Source: an uncultured Actinomycetes bacterium (GTDB taxonomy: Bacteria > Actinomycetota > UBA4738 > HRBIN12). From it: a DNA stretch of 64,000 nt. This document shows positions 48,893 to 58,793 of this stretch, piece by piece (positions within the stretch are counted from its first letter, which is position 1; the number at the start of each line of letters is the position of its first letter). A program made the position numbers and the translations under genes. The notes below the pieces were generated by a model, which was given only the letters and a program-made list of their open reading frames with translations, did no database searches and was not told where the DNA came from. Location of the stretch: positions 1,086,259-1,150,258 of the forward strand of contig CAWGTU010000001.1 in NCBI GenBank assembly GCA_963825635.1, written 5' to 3'.

Positions 48893-49834
48893 GTGCGCCC
48901 TGACGACGAGCTTCCCCCGTCCGAGGCCGAGCTGATCGACGCGTTCGCGTCGCACCTCGCGCTCGAACGTCACCTCTCGGTCCATACCGTCACCGCCTAC
49001 CGGCGCGACCTTCTGCAACTCGCGACGTTCCTGCATCGCGGGGGAGAGTCGCTCGCCTCGGCCACGTATCCGCTGCTGCGGCGCTTCCTCGCGCAACAGC
49101 ACACGCTCGGATACGCGCGTGCTTCCGTGGCTCGCAAGGTGGGTTCGATCCACACCTTCTATCGGTGGGCACTCGCCTCGGGCCGGGTCACCGACGATCC
49201 GTCGCTGTTGCTCGGGCGACCCAAGGTCGTGAACCGCTTGCCGACCGTGTTGAGGGCCGGCGAGGCAGCCGCGCTCGCGGAGGCGCCGGCAGCAGCCGAC
49301 GGCGATGCCGTCGTGCGACCGGTCGATCGTGCCGTCGCCCTGCGCGACGTCGCGGCACTCGAGCTGATGTACGGCTCGGGGCTGCGCGTGGGCGAGGTCG
49401 CTGCCCTCTCGATCGACCGCATCGACCTCGATGGGCGGCGGGTCACGGTCATGGGCAAGGGGGCCAAGGAGCGAGGGGTGCCGATCTCCGACTACGCGGC
49501 AGAGGCGCTCGAGGCCTACCTGCGCGAGGGAAGGCCTCTGCTCGCCGCACAGGACGCCCGCGGGCTCTTCTTCAACCGTCGCCACAAGCCCTTCAGCTCC
49601 AGGGATATCCGTACGATGGTGGAACGATATGGCGGTACAGTGCTGCCGGGCCGGCGGGTGACGCCGCACACCCTGCGACACTCGTTCGCCACGCATCTTC
49701 TGGAAGGGGGAGCCGACATCCGAGCCGTGCAGGAACTCTTGGGGCACGCGAGCGTTGCGACCACGCAGCGGTACACGCACGTATCCCGGGCTCGGTTGTT
49801 CCAGGCCTACGAGCAGAGTCACCCGAGGGCCTGA
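48893..49834 (+). CDS. xerC: Tyrosine recombinase XerC
   Basis: SGLRVGE, GKGAKER, HTLRHSFATH, LLGH, TTQRYTH; follows dprA. Confidence 0.92.
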   Translation: MRPDDELPPSEAELIDAFASHLALERHLSVHTVTAYRRDLLQLATFLHRGGESLASATYPLLRRFLAQQHTLGYARASVARKVGSIHTFYRWALASGRVTDDPSLLLGRPKVVNRLPTVLRAGEAAALAEAPAAADGDAVVRPVDRAVALRDVAALELMYGSGLRVGEVAALSIDRIDLDGRRVTVMGKGAKERGVPISDYAAEALEAYLREGRPLLAAQDARGLFFNRRHKPFSSRDIRTMVERYGGTVLPGRRVTPHTLRHSFATHLLEGGADIRAVQELLGHASVATTQRYTHVSRARLFQAYEQSHPRA

Positions 49835-49837
49835 CTC

Positions 49838-50713
49838 GTGACCCCCGCCAAGAAGACGGCCACGAAGACGCCGGCCAAGCCTGCCGGGAAGGCCGTCGCG
49901 AAGTCCCGTGCCAAGACCGTGGCGTTCGACCCCACCGTGACGATCCCGCCGCACGTCGATGACGAGCTCGGACAGCATTGGCATCGCTTCAAGAGCACGG
50001 GCGAGGAGGAGGCCCGCGAGAAGCTCATCCTTCACTATGCGCCGCTCGTGAAGTACGTGGCGAGCAGGGTCGCGACCGGTCTTCCTGCCAGCGTGGAACA
50101 GGCCGACCTCGTGAGCTATGGCATGTTCGGTTTGATCGACGCCCTCACGAAGTTCGAACCGGGGCGGGGCAACAAGTTCGAGACCTACGCGATCCCGCGC
50201 ATCAAGGGCGCGATCATCGACGAGTTGCGCGCGATGGACTGGGTCCCGCGGTCGATCCGCTTCAAGGCGCGCGAGATCGAGAAGGCCCACACCGATCTCG
50301 AGTCGATGCTGAAGCGGCAACCCACCGAGCAGGAGATGGCGGAGCGCCTGGGCATCACCCGTCGCGAGCTGCACGACGTCGTCTCGCAGATCTCGTTCGT
50401 CTCCGTGCTCGCCCTCGACGAACTCGTCTCGGTCGGGGCCGACCGCGGGGAACAGGTCTCGCTGATCGACACGCTCGCCGACCGCGGCATCGACCCGACG
50501 TCGGGCGTCGAGTCGCAGGAGACCCGCGGTCTGTTGGCCGCCGCGATCAACGAGCTCTCGGAGCGCGAGAAGATCGTCGTCACGCTCTACTACTTCGAGG
50601 GGCTCACGCTCGCCGAGATCGGCCAGATCCTCGGTGTCACCGAGTCCCGGGTCTGCCAGATCCACACGAAGGCGGTCGGCGGGCTGCGGGGTCAGCTCAC
50701 CGAGGTCGAGTAG
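49838..50713 (+). CDS. whiG: FliA/WhiG-family RNA polymerase sigma factor
   Basis: YAPLVKYVA, KFETYA, GAIIDELRAMDWVPRS, LYYFEGLTLAEIG, VTESRVCQIH; dprA...rpsB synteny as for Streptomyces whiG. Confidence 0.9.
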   Translation: MTPAKKTATKTPAKPAGKAVAKSRAKTVAFDPTVTIPPHVDDELGQHWHRFKSTGEEEAREKLILHYAPLVKYVASRVATGLPASVEQADLVSYGMFGLIDALTKFEPGRGNKFETYAIPRIKGAIIDELRAMDWVPRSIRFKAREIEKAHTDLESMLKRQPTEQEMAERLGITRRELHDVVSQISFVSVLALDELVSVGADRGEQVSLIDTLADRGIDPTSGVESQETRGLLAAAINELSEREKIVVTLYYFEGLTLAEIGQILGVTESRVCQIHTKAVGGLRGQLTEVE

Positions 50714-50790
50714 CCCCCTCCCTCGCCGATCCCACCGTTCTGTGACCTGCGTCACGGTGCTCGCGGCATGATGTGGATAGCGTCGCCGTC

Positions 50791-51297
50791 ATGCGGACCC
50801 GCCGATCGTTCTTCACGAGTTGGTTGCTCCTCACCACCTCGGTCGTCGGGCTCGCCGTCTCGCCGGCCGTCGCGGCCGGAACCTGGAGCTGGCCCGTCGA
50901 GGGTCCGGTGATCCGCGGGTTCGATCCCCCCGACTCGCCGTACGGATCTGGGCACCGCGGCATCGACATCGCGGCCCCGGCCGGGAGCGTCGCGGTTGCC
51001 CCGGCCGACGGCACGGTCGCCTTCGCCGGTCAGGTCGGGGGTCGTCTCTTCCTCACGATCGATCATGGTGGCGGCGTCGAGTCCACGTTCTCCTGGGTGG
51101 CGAGCCTCGAGGTCCGTCGTGGTGACGTCGTGCGACCGGGGCAGCCGGTGGCTCGCACCGGCGGCGGTCACACCGGTGACACGATCCCCAACCTGCACTT
51201 CGGGGTGAGGCTCGACGACGCGTACGTCGATCCCCTCGTATACCTCGCGTCCATCGATGTCAGCGCCCTGATCAGGCTCGCGCCGCTCGCCGCCTGA
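50791..51297 (+). CDS. Secreted M23 peptidase family protein
   Basis: Signal peptide; GHRGIDI, LHFG, YVDP. Confidence 0.88.
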   Translation: MRTRRSFFTSWLLLTTSVVGLAVSPAVAAGTWSWPVEGPVIRGFDPPDSPYGSGHRGIDIAAPAGSVAVAPADGTVAFAGQVGGRLFLTIDHGGGVESTFSWVASLEVRRGDVVRPGQPVARTGGGHTGDTIPNLHFGVRLDDAYVDPLVYLASIDVSALIRLAPLAA

Positions 51298-51343
51298 TCT
51301 CGTCGGCGTGTCCCCCCCGCCCGGCGTTTAGGATGGCGCGGCC

Positions 51344-52882
51344 GTGCTGACCTCCCTCGTGCGTCTCGTGTCGTCGCGCCGTGCCCGTCGCACGGTGGCA
51401 GCCGCGGTGTGCGCGCCCGTCCTGCTCGGTGCCGGCGTCGCCGCCGGCCAGGTCGCAGGCGCCTGGACCGAGTTCCAGGGAGGGCCGTCGAAGACCGGCG
51501 TCGCGACCGACGGCCCCGTCCCCGGATACCGCCGGGCGTGGAGCACTCCGTTCGACCCGGGTGGTCCCGGCGACCGCTTCGGTCTCTCGGCGCCTGTGAT
51601 CGCCGGCGACGTCGCGGTGGCGGTCGGTCCCGACGCGGTGATCGGCGTCGACCTCGGCTCGGGTGAGCAGACGTTCGCGGTGGATCGCGCCGTCGGTCCC
51701 TCGGTGCCGGCAGCCGTGGCCCCGCTCGGCGACGGGACGGCGGTCGTGTACACGGAAGGATGGGGCGAAGGCCCGCCTCCCGCACCCGGCTCCGAGGTCA
51801 GCCCAACCGCGTCGGTGAGCCCGGCGACCATCGCCGACGGAGCTGGCGATGGTCCCGTCGATTCCGACCTTGCCGCGTTCGATCTGGGGAGTCAGGAGCG
51901 GCTGTGGCCACCGGTGCCGCTCGATGGCGTGAGCCGAACGGGGGTCACCGTCGACGAAGGGTCGGCGTTCGTCGGCGTGAACGGCGGCTCGGTGATCTCC
52001 GTCGATCTCGCCGACGGGAGCGTCGAGTGGCGTCGCGAGCTCGACGCGATGCTCGTCACGCCGATCACCGTGATCGATGCGACGGTGCTCGTCGGCCTGC
52101 AGGGCGACGGCGACACCCAGCCCGTCGTCGTGGCGCTCGAGGCGGGCACCGGCGAGGAGCGATGGCGCCACGAGCCCTCGGCTCGGTCATCCGTCGTCTC
52201 GGCGATCTCAGCCGACCAGGGGAGCGCCTTCGCGATCTTCGCGGGCCTGTCGGAGACATCGGTCGTCGCGCTCGACCTCGCCGACGGGACCCAACGCTGG
52301 AGCCGCCGTGTGAACGCCACGTTCGACGTGATCGCGCCCCCCGTCGTGGGGGCGGAGACGGTCTTCGTGACGGACCTGATCGGACACACCCGCGCACTCG
52401 ATGCCGGCACGGGGCAGCAACGGTGGGACTTCGCGCAGAACGCGCCCGTGTTCCGGAGCGTGCCGGTGCTCGTCGGGGCGCACCTGCTGGTGCCGACCCT
52501 CGAGGGTGAGCTCGCCGCGATCGACGCCGAGACCGGCGAGCTGGTGTGGCGCCTGCAGGCGGACGGCGCGCCGATCCGCTCGATCGCTGCGGCGGGTGAT
52601 GTGCTCGTGACGGTGCGCGGCGCCGATCGATCGGGGCTCGAGGGGTTCGAGCACGACCCCGGCGCGGCACTCGTCCGTGAGGCTTCGCCGACCACGCTCG
52701 CCGCGGGACGTATGGTCGGCGCGATCGCGATCGCGGCCATCCCGCTCCTGGTGGTCGTGCTCCTGCTCGGGCGGATGCTCGTCACTCGCATGGGCCCGGC
52801 GTTCCCGGGCGACGACGAGCAGGTGTCCGAAGACGGCGAACAGGTCGTCGACCCGTGGGAAGCCGAGGATCCCACCCCGTGA
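51344..52882 (+). CDS. PQQ-like beta-propeller repeat protein with C-terminal TM anchor
   Basis: Repeated A(L/I)DxxxGxxxW blades; signal peptide; C-terminal hydrophobic helix. Confidence 0.85.
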   Translation: MLTSLVRLVSSRRARRTVAAAVCAPVLLGAGVAAGQVAGAWTEFQGGPSKTGVATDGPVPGYRRAWSTPFDPGGPGDRFGLSAPVIAGDVAVAVGPDAVIGVDLGSGEQTFAVDRAVGPSVPAAVAPLGDGTAVVYTEGWGEGPPPAPGSEVSPTASVSPATIADGAGDGPVDSDLAAFDLGSQERLWPPVPLDGVSRTGVTVDEGSAFVGVNGGSVISVDLADGSVEWRRELDAMLVTPITVIDATVLVGLQGDGDTQPVVVALEAGTGEERWRHEPSARSSVVSAISADQGSAFAIFAGLSETSVVALDLADGTQRWSRRVNATFDVIAPPVVGAETVFVTDLIGHTRALDAGTGQQRWDFAQNAPVFRSVPVLVGAHLLVPTLEGELAAIDAETGELVWRLQADGAPIRSIAAAGDVLVTVRGADRSGLEGFEHDPGAALVREASPTTLAAGRMVGAIAIAAIPLLVVVLLLGRMLVTRMGPAFPGDDEQVSEDGEQVVDPWEAEDPTP

Positions 52883-53844
52883 CGAACAAGAACAGGCGCT
52901 CGAAGCCTCGCGACCGTAACGACGGGCATCGTTCCGCGCCGCCGGCCTCACGCGGGGCCGAGCCGGCACCACGGAGAGGGCTGCTCGACTCGCTCTTCTC
53001 GCCGCGGGTCGGCTCGACCTCGATGCCCAGCATCCGCGCGTCGGCTGCTCGGGGCCTCGCCGTCGTCGCGGGCACCCCGGTGATCGCGGTCGGGGCGGTG
53101 GCGGTCGTCGTCCTCGAATGGTTCGCGGCGCTGGCGCTCGGGTACGAGGGCCCGTTCGCGCTCTTCGTCAACGCCATGGGGTTGGCGCCGATCGGTACGA
53201 GCTTCGACGCCACGCTCTCCACGGCGCTGTTCGGCCTGCAGGGAGGGTTCTTCGCGATCCTCGGGTTCGTGGCGTTCCGGGCGATGGTGCAGGCGCTCCT
53301 CGTCGCGGCGATCGTGGAGGTCGTGCGCTCGGCCCCCCTCGGCCGGTGGACCCTGATACGGGCGCTCCGGACACTGCCGGCGGCCCTGGCGGTCAACATC
53401 GCCGGCATCGGATTGCTGACCCTGGCCAGCCTGCTGGGACCACTGCTCGGTCCGGCCTTCGGGCTCCTGATCCAGATGGCCGCGCTCGTGGGCGGCGTCT
53501 ACGTCTTGAGCTTCGCGCCGGTGATCGCGGCCGACGAGGGACGCCGCCTCTCCGACGCGATGGGCCGGTCGGTGCGGGCGGCCCGCATGCCGGGGGCCGG
53601 CAACCTGACGCTCGCCGCGATCTACGTCGTCGCCTCGATCGCGATCCTGGTCGTGCCGGGCAAGCCCGGGTCCGATCTCGGCGTGAACCCGACCGTCGCG
53701 GCGTGGGTGATGGTGCTGATCGCCAACCTCCTCCACGTGGTGATGCAGTCCATGGTGGTCTTCCGCTACCTGTCGGTGGCCGACGAGGTGCCCGACGCTG
53801 CTCCGAGACGGCAGGCGGCCCCTCGCTCTCGGTCCCGAGGCTGA
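52879..53844 (+). CDS. Hypothetical multi-pass membrane protein
   Basis: ~6 hydrophobic segments, basic termini; GTGA overlap with the upstream gene. Confidence 0.75.
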   Translation: MTNKNRRSKPRDRNDGHRSAPPASRGAEPAPRRGLLDSLFSPRVGSTSMPSIRASAARGLAVVAGTPVIAVGAVAVVVLEWFAALALGYEGPFALFVNAMGLAPIGTSFDATLSTALFGLQGGFFAILGFVAFRAMVQALLVAAIVEVVRSAPLGRWTLIRALRTLPAALAVNIAGIGLLTLASLLGPLLGPAFGLLIQMAALVGGVYVLSFAPVIAADEGRRLSDAMGRSVRAARMPGAGNLTLAAIYVVASIAILVVPGKPGSDLGVNPTVAAWVMVLIANLLHVVMQSMVVFRYLSVADEVPDAAPRRQAAPRSRSRG

Positions 53845-53894
53845 TCGCACCGGGTCCCCGGTCGACGAGGGAACGCCGCTGCTAGACTCCTCGC

Positions 53895-54014
53895 GCCGGC
53901 GCAACTGCGCCGAGCTCACACGTTCGGGGACCGCATCGCCGGGGTCCCGCGCCTCAAGGCGGGCCGGCGACGGGACGATCCGGGCGGAGGACTGAAACCG
54001 AGAAGGAGGCCCCC
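53895..54014 (+). promoter_or_regulatory. rpsB 5' leader (t44/S2 autoregulatory-like)
   Basis: TAGACT -10 at 53883-53888; CACACG...GGGCGGAGG...AAACC elements and GC stems; SD AAGGAGG. Confidence 0.55.
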
Positions 54015-55031
54015 GTGCCTGTCGTGACCAGGCGGGAGCTCCTCGAAGCGGGCGTGCACTTCGGCCACCAGACCCGTCGGTGGAACCCGAAGATGCAGCG
54101 ATTCCTCTACGGGGAGCGTTCCGGCATCTACATCATCGACCTCGAGAAGTCCCTCGCGGGACTCGAGGAGACCCACGAGTTCGTGCAGGGCCTCGGCCGT
54201 CGGCGCGGCATCGTGCTGTTCATCGGGACGAAGAAGCAGGTCCAGGAAGTCGTGCAGGACCACGCGACCCGCATCGGCATGCCGTACGTGAACCACCGTT
54301 GGCTCGGCGGCATGCTCACGAACTTCACGACCATCTCCAAGCGACTGCTCCGTTTGCGCGAGTTGCACGAGATGGAGCGCACCGGCGCCCTCGACTACCT
54401 CCCCAAGAAAGAGGCGATCAGGTTGCGCCACGAGCGCGACAAGCTGACGCGAAACCTGGGGGGCATCCAGGACCTCGAGCGCCTTCCCGACGCCGTCTTC
54501 GTCATCGACACGAAGAAGGAGCACATCGCCGTCAACGAGGCCAGGAAGCTGGGCATCCCCGTGATCGCGATCGTCGACACGAACTGCGACCCCGACGAGG
54601 TCGACTACGCGATCCCGGGCAACGACGACGCGATCCGGGCCGTGAGCCTCGTGGCCCGCGTGGTTGCCGATGCTCTGGCCGAGGGGTACGGCATGGCCAA
54701 GGACGAGGACGTCGAGCGCGTCACCGCCCGCTCGACCGCGCCGGCGCCGGCCGGGCCGCGCTCCACGGCTGCTCCCGCGAGGGTCGAGGAGTCCGAGACG
54801 CCGTCACCCGAGGATGCCGCCGCGATCGCCGCGAGCACGGTGTTCGAGCCCGACGCGCCCGAGACCGCTGCAACCGAGGGGGCCGACGAGCCGATGGCCC
54901 CGGAGGCGACCGAGGCCGAAGTGCCGGCCGAGATCGCGGAGGACACCTCGGCAGCCGGCGTCCCCGTGGTGACCGATCCCGTCGAAGCCGTGGCCCCTGT
55001 CGTCGCAGACACCCCCGAGGAGCCGACATGA
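54015..55031 (+). CDS. rpsB: 30S ribosomal protein S2 with acidic tail
   Basis: [45 protein letters not shown]. Confidence 0.97.
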   Translation: MPVVTRRELLEAGVHFGHQTRRWNPKMQRFLYGERSGIYIIDLEKSLAGLEETHEFVQGLGRRRGIVLFIGTKKQVQEVVQDHATRIGMPYVNHRWLGGMLTNFTTISKRLLRLRELHEMERTGALDYLPKKEAIRLRHERDKLTRNLGGIQDLERLPDAVFVIDTKKEHIAVNEARKLGIPVIAIVDTNCDPDEVDYAIPGNDDAIRAVSLVARVVADALAEGYGMAKDEDVERVTARSTAPAPAGPRSTAAPARVEESETPSPEDAAAIAASTVFEPDAPETAATEGADEPMAPEATEAEVPAEIAEDTSAAGVPVVTDPVEAVAPVVADTPEEPT

Positions 55032-55669
55032 GCGACTACTCGCCGACCGCCGCCGAGGTGAAGCAGCTGCGCGACGCCACCGGCGCCGGCATGATGGACT
55101 GCAAGAAGGCATTGATCGAGTCCGTCGGCGACCTCGAGCGCGCGGTGGAGTACCTGCGCGAGAAGGGGCTCGCCTCGGTCGCCAAGCGCGCCGGACGCTC
55201 CGCGAACCAGGGGCTGGTCGACGCGTACGTGCACTTCAACAACACCGTGGGCGTGCTGGTCGAGGTCAACTGCGAGACGGACTTCGTCGCCAAGACCGAC
55301 GACTTCCAACGGCTCGTGAAGGACATCGCGCTGCACATCGCGAGCCCCTCGGCGCCGCGGTTCTTGACCCGCGACGAGGTGCCGCAGGCCGAGCTCGATC
55401 AGGAACGGCACATCGCCGAGGTGCAGGCCAAGGAGGCCGGCAAGCCCGAGAACGTGATCGGGAAGATCGTCGAGGGCAAGATCAACGCGTACCTCAAGGA
55501 CGTCGTGCTGCTCGATCAGCCGTTCGTGAAGGACGACTCGAAGACCGTGCAGCAGTTGCTCGACGAGACATCGGCTAAGGTCGGCGAGCGCATCGCGATC
55601 CGCCGGTTCGTTCGGTTCAAGCTGGGCGAGGCCGGCGATGACGAGGCGACGGACGGCGACGCGTCGTAA
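55028..55669 (+). CDS. tsf: Elongation factor Ts (short form)
   Basis: [38 protein letters not shown]. Confidence 0.96.
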   Translation: MSDYSPTAAEVKQLRDATGAGMMDCKKALIESVGDLERAVEYLREKGLASVAKRAGRSANQGLVDAYVHFNNTVGVLVEVNCETDFVAKTDDFQRLVKDIALHIASPSAPRFLTRDEVPQAELDQERHIAEVQAKEAGKPENVIGKIVEGKINAYLKDVVLLDQPFVKDDSKTVQQLLDETSAKVGERIAIRRFVRFKLGEAGDDEATDGDAS

Positions 55670-55716
55670 GGTCTGGGTCGACCGCGAGCGGTAGGCCCGA
55701 CGGGGGAGGGGAACGC

Positions 55717-56445
55717 ATGGCCGACGACGGAGGCACGCCGCGAGCCCAGTACGGGCGCGTGTTGCTGAAGCTCTCCGGTGAGGCCTTCGCTCCCACCGAT
55801 GCCGAGTACGGCATCAACACCGACGCCACGGCGTTGATCGCTCGGCAGCTCGCCGAGGTCGTCGACTTCGGGGTGCAGACGGCGGTCGTCGTGGGGGGCG
55901 GCAACATCTGGCGGGGCCGGCAGGCTCCGGGCATCGACCGCAACCGCGCCGACTACATGGGCATGCTGGCCACGGTGATGAATGCGCTGGCCCTGCAGGA
56001 TGCGCTCGAGAAGATCCACGTCACGACACGGGTGCAGACGGCGATCTCGATGACCCAGCTCGCCGAGCCGTTCATGCCCCTGCGGGCCAGGCGCCACCTC
56101 GAGAAGGGGCGTGTCGTGATCTTCGCGGCGGGTCTCGGCGTGCCGTACTTCTCCACCGATACCTGCGCCGCTCAGCGAGCATTGGAGATCGGGGCCGACG
56201 CCTTGCTCAAGGGCACGAAGGTTGATGGCGTCTATACCGCCGACCCGGTCCTCGACACCTCGGCGAAGCGCTTCGACGAGATCGAGTACGTCGAAGTGCT
56301 GAAGGAGGGTTACCAGGTCATGGACGCCACCGCGATCTCGTTGTGCATGGAGAACAAGCTGCCGATCATCGTCTTCAACCTCCGCGAAGAGGGGAACATC
56401 CGTCGCGTGGTCAACGGCGAGCCCATCGGCACGCTCGTCCACTGA
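55717..56445 (+). CDS. pyrH: UMP kinase
   Basis: [33 protein letters not shown]. Confidence 0.96.
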   Translation: MADDGGTPRAQYGRVLLKLSGEAFAPTDAEYGINTDATALIARQLAEVVDFGVQTAVVVGGGNIWRGRQAPGIDRNRADYMGMLATVMNALALQDALEKIHVTTRVQTAISMTQLAEPFMPLRARRHLEKGRVVIFAAGLGVPYFSTDTCAAQRALEIGADALLKGTKVDGVYTADPVLDTSAKRFDEIEYVEVLKEGYQVMDATAISLCMENKLPIIVFNLREEGNIRRVVNGEPIGTLVH

Positions 56446-56454
56446 AGGAGCCCG

Positions 56455-57018
56455 ATGACGATCGATTCCAGCCTCAAGGACGCCGGCCACAAGATGGAGC
56501 AGGCGGTCACGCATCTGAAGGACGAACTCTCCGCGATCCGAACGGGTCGCGCGACCCCCGCGGTGCTGAACCGCGTTACGGTGGAGTACTACGGCACGCC
56601 CGTGCCCCTGAACCAGCTCGCCTCGATCAACGTGCCGGAACCGCGCCTGCTGTCGGTGCAACCATTCGACAAGGGTGCGATCGGGGCGATCGAGAAGGCG
56701 ATCCAGTCGAGCGACCTCGGCATCACCCCGTCGAACGACGGCCAGGTGATCAGGTTGGCGTTCCCCCCGCTCACCGAGGAGCGGCGCAAGGAGCTCGTGA
56801 AGCAGGTCCATACGCGCGCCGAGGAGGCCCGGGTGGCCGTGCGCAACGTCCGACGCCACTGCAAGGAAGACATGGAGAAGCTTGAGCGTGAGGGCGGCAT
56901 CTCGGAAGATGACCTCGTGCGGGGGGAGAAGGAGCTCCAGAAGCTGACCGATCGGCACGTGGCGGAGATCGACGTGATCCAGGACCACAAGGAGCAGGAG
57001 CTCATGGAGGTCTCGTGA
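56455..57018 (+). CDS. frr: Ribosome recycling factor
   Basis: IRTGRA, YYG, PPLTEERRKEL, RNVRR. Confidence 0.97.
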   Translation: MTIDSSLKDAGHKMEQAVTHLKDELSAIRTGRATPAVLNRVTVEYYGTPVPLNQLASINVPEPRLLSVQPFDKGAIGAIEKAIQSSDLGITPSNDGQVIRLAFPPLTEERRKELVKQVHTRAEEARVAVRNVRRHCKEDMEKLEREGGISEDDLVRGEKELQKLTDRHVAEIDVIQDHKEQELMEVS

Positions 57019-58748
57019 CGGGCGACAAGCGCAACGGCGACGATCTGTTCGAGGACCTCGACAAGTTCTTCGCACCCATCAAGGACGTCGACTGGGACGA
57101 GCCCGCGTCGTCCGGCGCCCGCGAGACGCCGAGCGAGGAGCACGTGTCGATCCGCGCCGATGAGCCGGAGACCGCTGCCCCGGCTCCGGTCGAGCCTGCA
57201 GCGCCGGAGCAACGCGAGGAACCTGCGGAATCCGAGGACGAGGACTGGTACGACACCACGGTGCTGGAGACGATCGAGGGCATCGGTGTCGACGACGAGG
57301 CGGAGGAACCGGTCGTCGCCGTGGGTGAGGCCGCCGACGATGAGATCGGCAGCGAGGTCGTAGGCGAGGTCGTCGAGCCGACCCCGGGCCAGGCGGGTCT
57401 CTTCGGGCAGGGCCACGAGCCAGAGGACGAAGCCGACGGCGGATGGGGCGTGACCGACGACGAGTCGATCGTCGGCGAGTACGCGGAGGCGACCCTCGTG
57501 GGTGACGACGAGGTACCCGACGCGGGCATCGGCACCGAGACCGCCCCGATCGGCACGATCGACGAGCTGATGGGTGATGTGGAGTCGCCCGACGAGGGCA
57601 CGGTGGAGCGAGCCGCGGAGTACTTCGCGTCGTCGGCCCACGTGGAAGACGCGAGCGACGAGCACGAGCAGGTCGTCGTCGGCTCCGAGGGCGTGGGATG
57701 GGACGACGGGTCCTCCGTGACGCCCGAGGTCGGCGGCTCGTTGATCGGCGAGCTCGGAGCCGATGAGGTCGAGCACGACATCCTCTCGGACCTGGAGGGA
57801 ACGGAGCCCGAGCCCGAGACCGTGATGGTCGGGGCCGGGGAGGGCCTCGGCGGTCCGAGCTGGCAAGAGACCGGCTCCGTGGAGGTCGGTGCCGACGTCG
57901 AACGCCGGGGCCCGGGCCCGGACGAGCGAGACGTGCCGGCCGCGTTCCTGACGGGAGCCGTGCTCGCGATCGCCGCGCTCGCCGCGCTGCTGATCGGCGA
58001 CTGGTTGTTCGGGCTGCTGGCGGCCGCGATCGTGTTGCTGGCGCAAGGGGAGCTTTTCGGCGTGATGGTGAAGCACCGTCGCCAACCGGCGACCGCCGTC
58101 GGGCTGATCGCCGGCGCGTTGATGCTCGCCGCCGCGTACTTCCGGGGCGAGAGCGCGGTGCTCGCGATGTTCGCGCTCGGTGTGGCGGCCACGTTCCTCT
58201 GGTTCATGTCGGGGCCCGTGAGCGCGCGGAAGGACGTCACCGCCAACATCGGGCTGACCGTGCTCAACATGGCCTGGGTGCCGCTGTTAGGCAGCTACCT
58301 GCTGGTCCTGCTCGAGGGCGAGAGCGGCACAGCGCTGGTCGTGAGCGCGATCGGCCTGACGTTCGTCTACGACACCGCCGCGTTCCTGTCGGGCTCGGTC
58401 TGGGGCGGGCAGTTCTTCCAGCGCCCACTCGCGCCGACGGTGAGTCCGAAGAAGTCGATCGAGGGCGTGATCATCGGCTCCCTCGTGACGGTGGTGGTCT
58501 CGGTCACCCTGGTGACGTCGTTCGTCGATCCCTTCGAGAACCTGCGCATCGAGGCGCTGCTCCTGGGTCTGGTCGTCGCCGCCGCCGCGACGTTCGGCGA
58601 CCTCGCGGAGTCGTTGGTCAAACGCGACATGGGCATCAAGGACATGGGCAGCATCCTGCCCGGGCACGGCGGGGTGCTCGACCGCATCGACTCGCTGCTG
58701 TTCGTCGCACCGGCCGCGTTCTTCCTGTACCGCATCATCATCGCCTGA
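57015..58748 (+). CDS. cdsA: Phosphatidate cytidylyltransferase with long acidic N-terminal extension
   Basis: DTAAF, VSPKKSIEG, GDLAESLVKR, IKDMG, PGHGGVLDRIDS. Confidence 0.92.
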   Translation: MTGDKRNGDDLFEDLDKFFAPIKDVDWDEPASSGARETPSEEHVSIRADEPETAAPAPVEPAAPEQREEPAESEDEDWYDTTVLETIEGIGVDDEAEEPVVAVGEAADDEIGSEVVGEVVEPTPGQAGLFGQGHEPEDEADGGWGVTDDESIVGEYAEATLVGDDEVPDAGIGTETAPIGTIDELMGDVESPDEGTVERAAEYFASSAHVEDASDEHEQVVVGSEGVGWDDGSSVTPEVGGSLIGELGADEVEHDILSDLEGTEPEPETVMVGAGEGLGGPSWQETGSVEVGADVERRGPGPDERDVPAAFLTGAVLAIAALAALLIGDWLFGLLAAAIVLLAQGELFGVMVKHRRQPATAVGLIAGALMLAAAYFRGESAVLAMFALGVAATFLWFMSGPVSARKDVTANIGLTVLNMAWVPLLGSYLLVLLEGESGTALVVSAIGLTFVYDTAAFLSGSVWGGQFFQRPLAPTVSPKKSIEGVIIGSLVTVVVSVTLVTSFVDPFENLRIEALLLGLVVAAAATFGDLAESLVKRDMGIKDMGSILPGHGGVLDRIDSLLFVAPAAFFLYRIIIA

Positions 58749-58793
58749 GTCTCGTTCCGAGCGTTCCGCCCGGCTCGGGGTACCCTTGAGCGC

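Noticed and set aside
48893-49834. Tyrosine recombinase as a mobile-element integrase
   Set aside because: Sequence and dprA-linked position match housekeeping XerC.
53952-53980. Second CTCAAG sigma-28-like site
   Set aside because: Lies in a hairpin loop of the rpsB leader downstream of a TAGACT -10, and the putative -10 (GACGAT) is poor.
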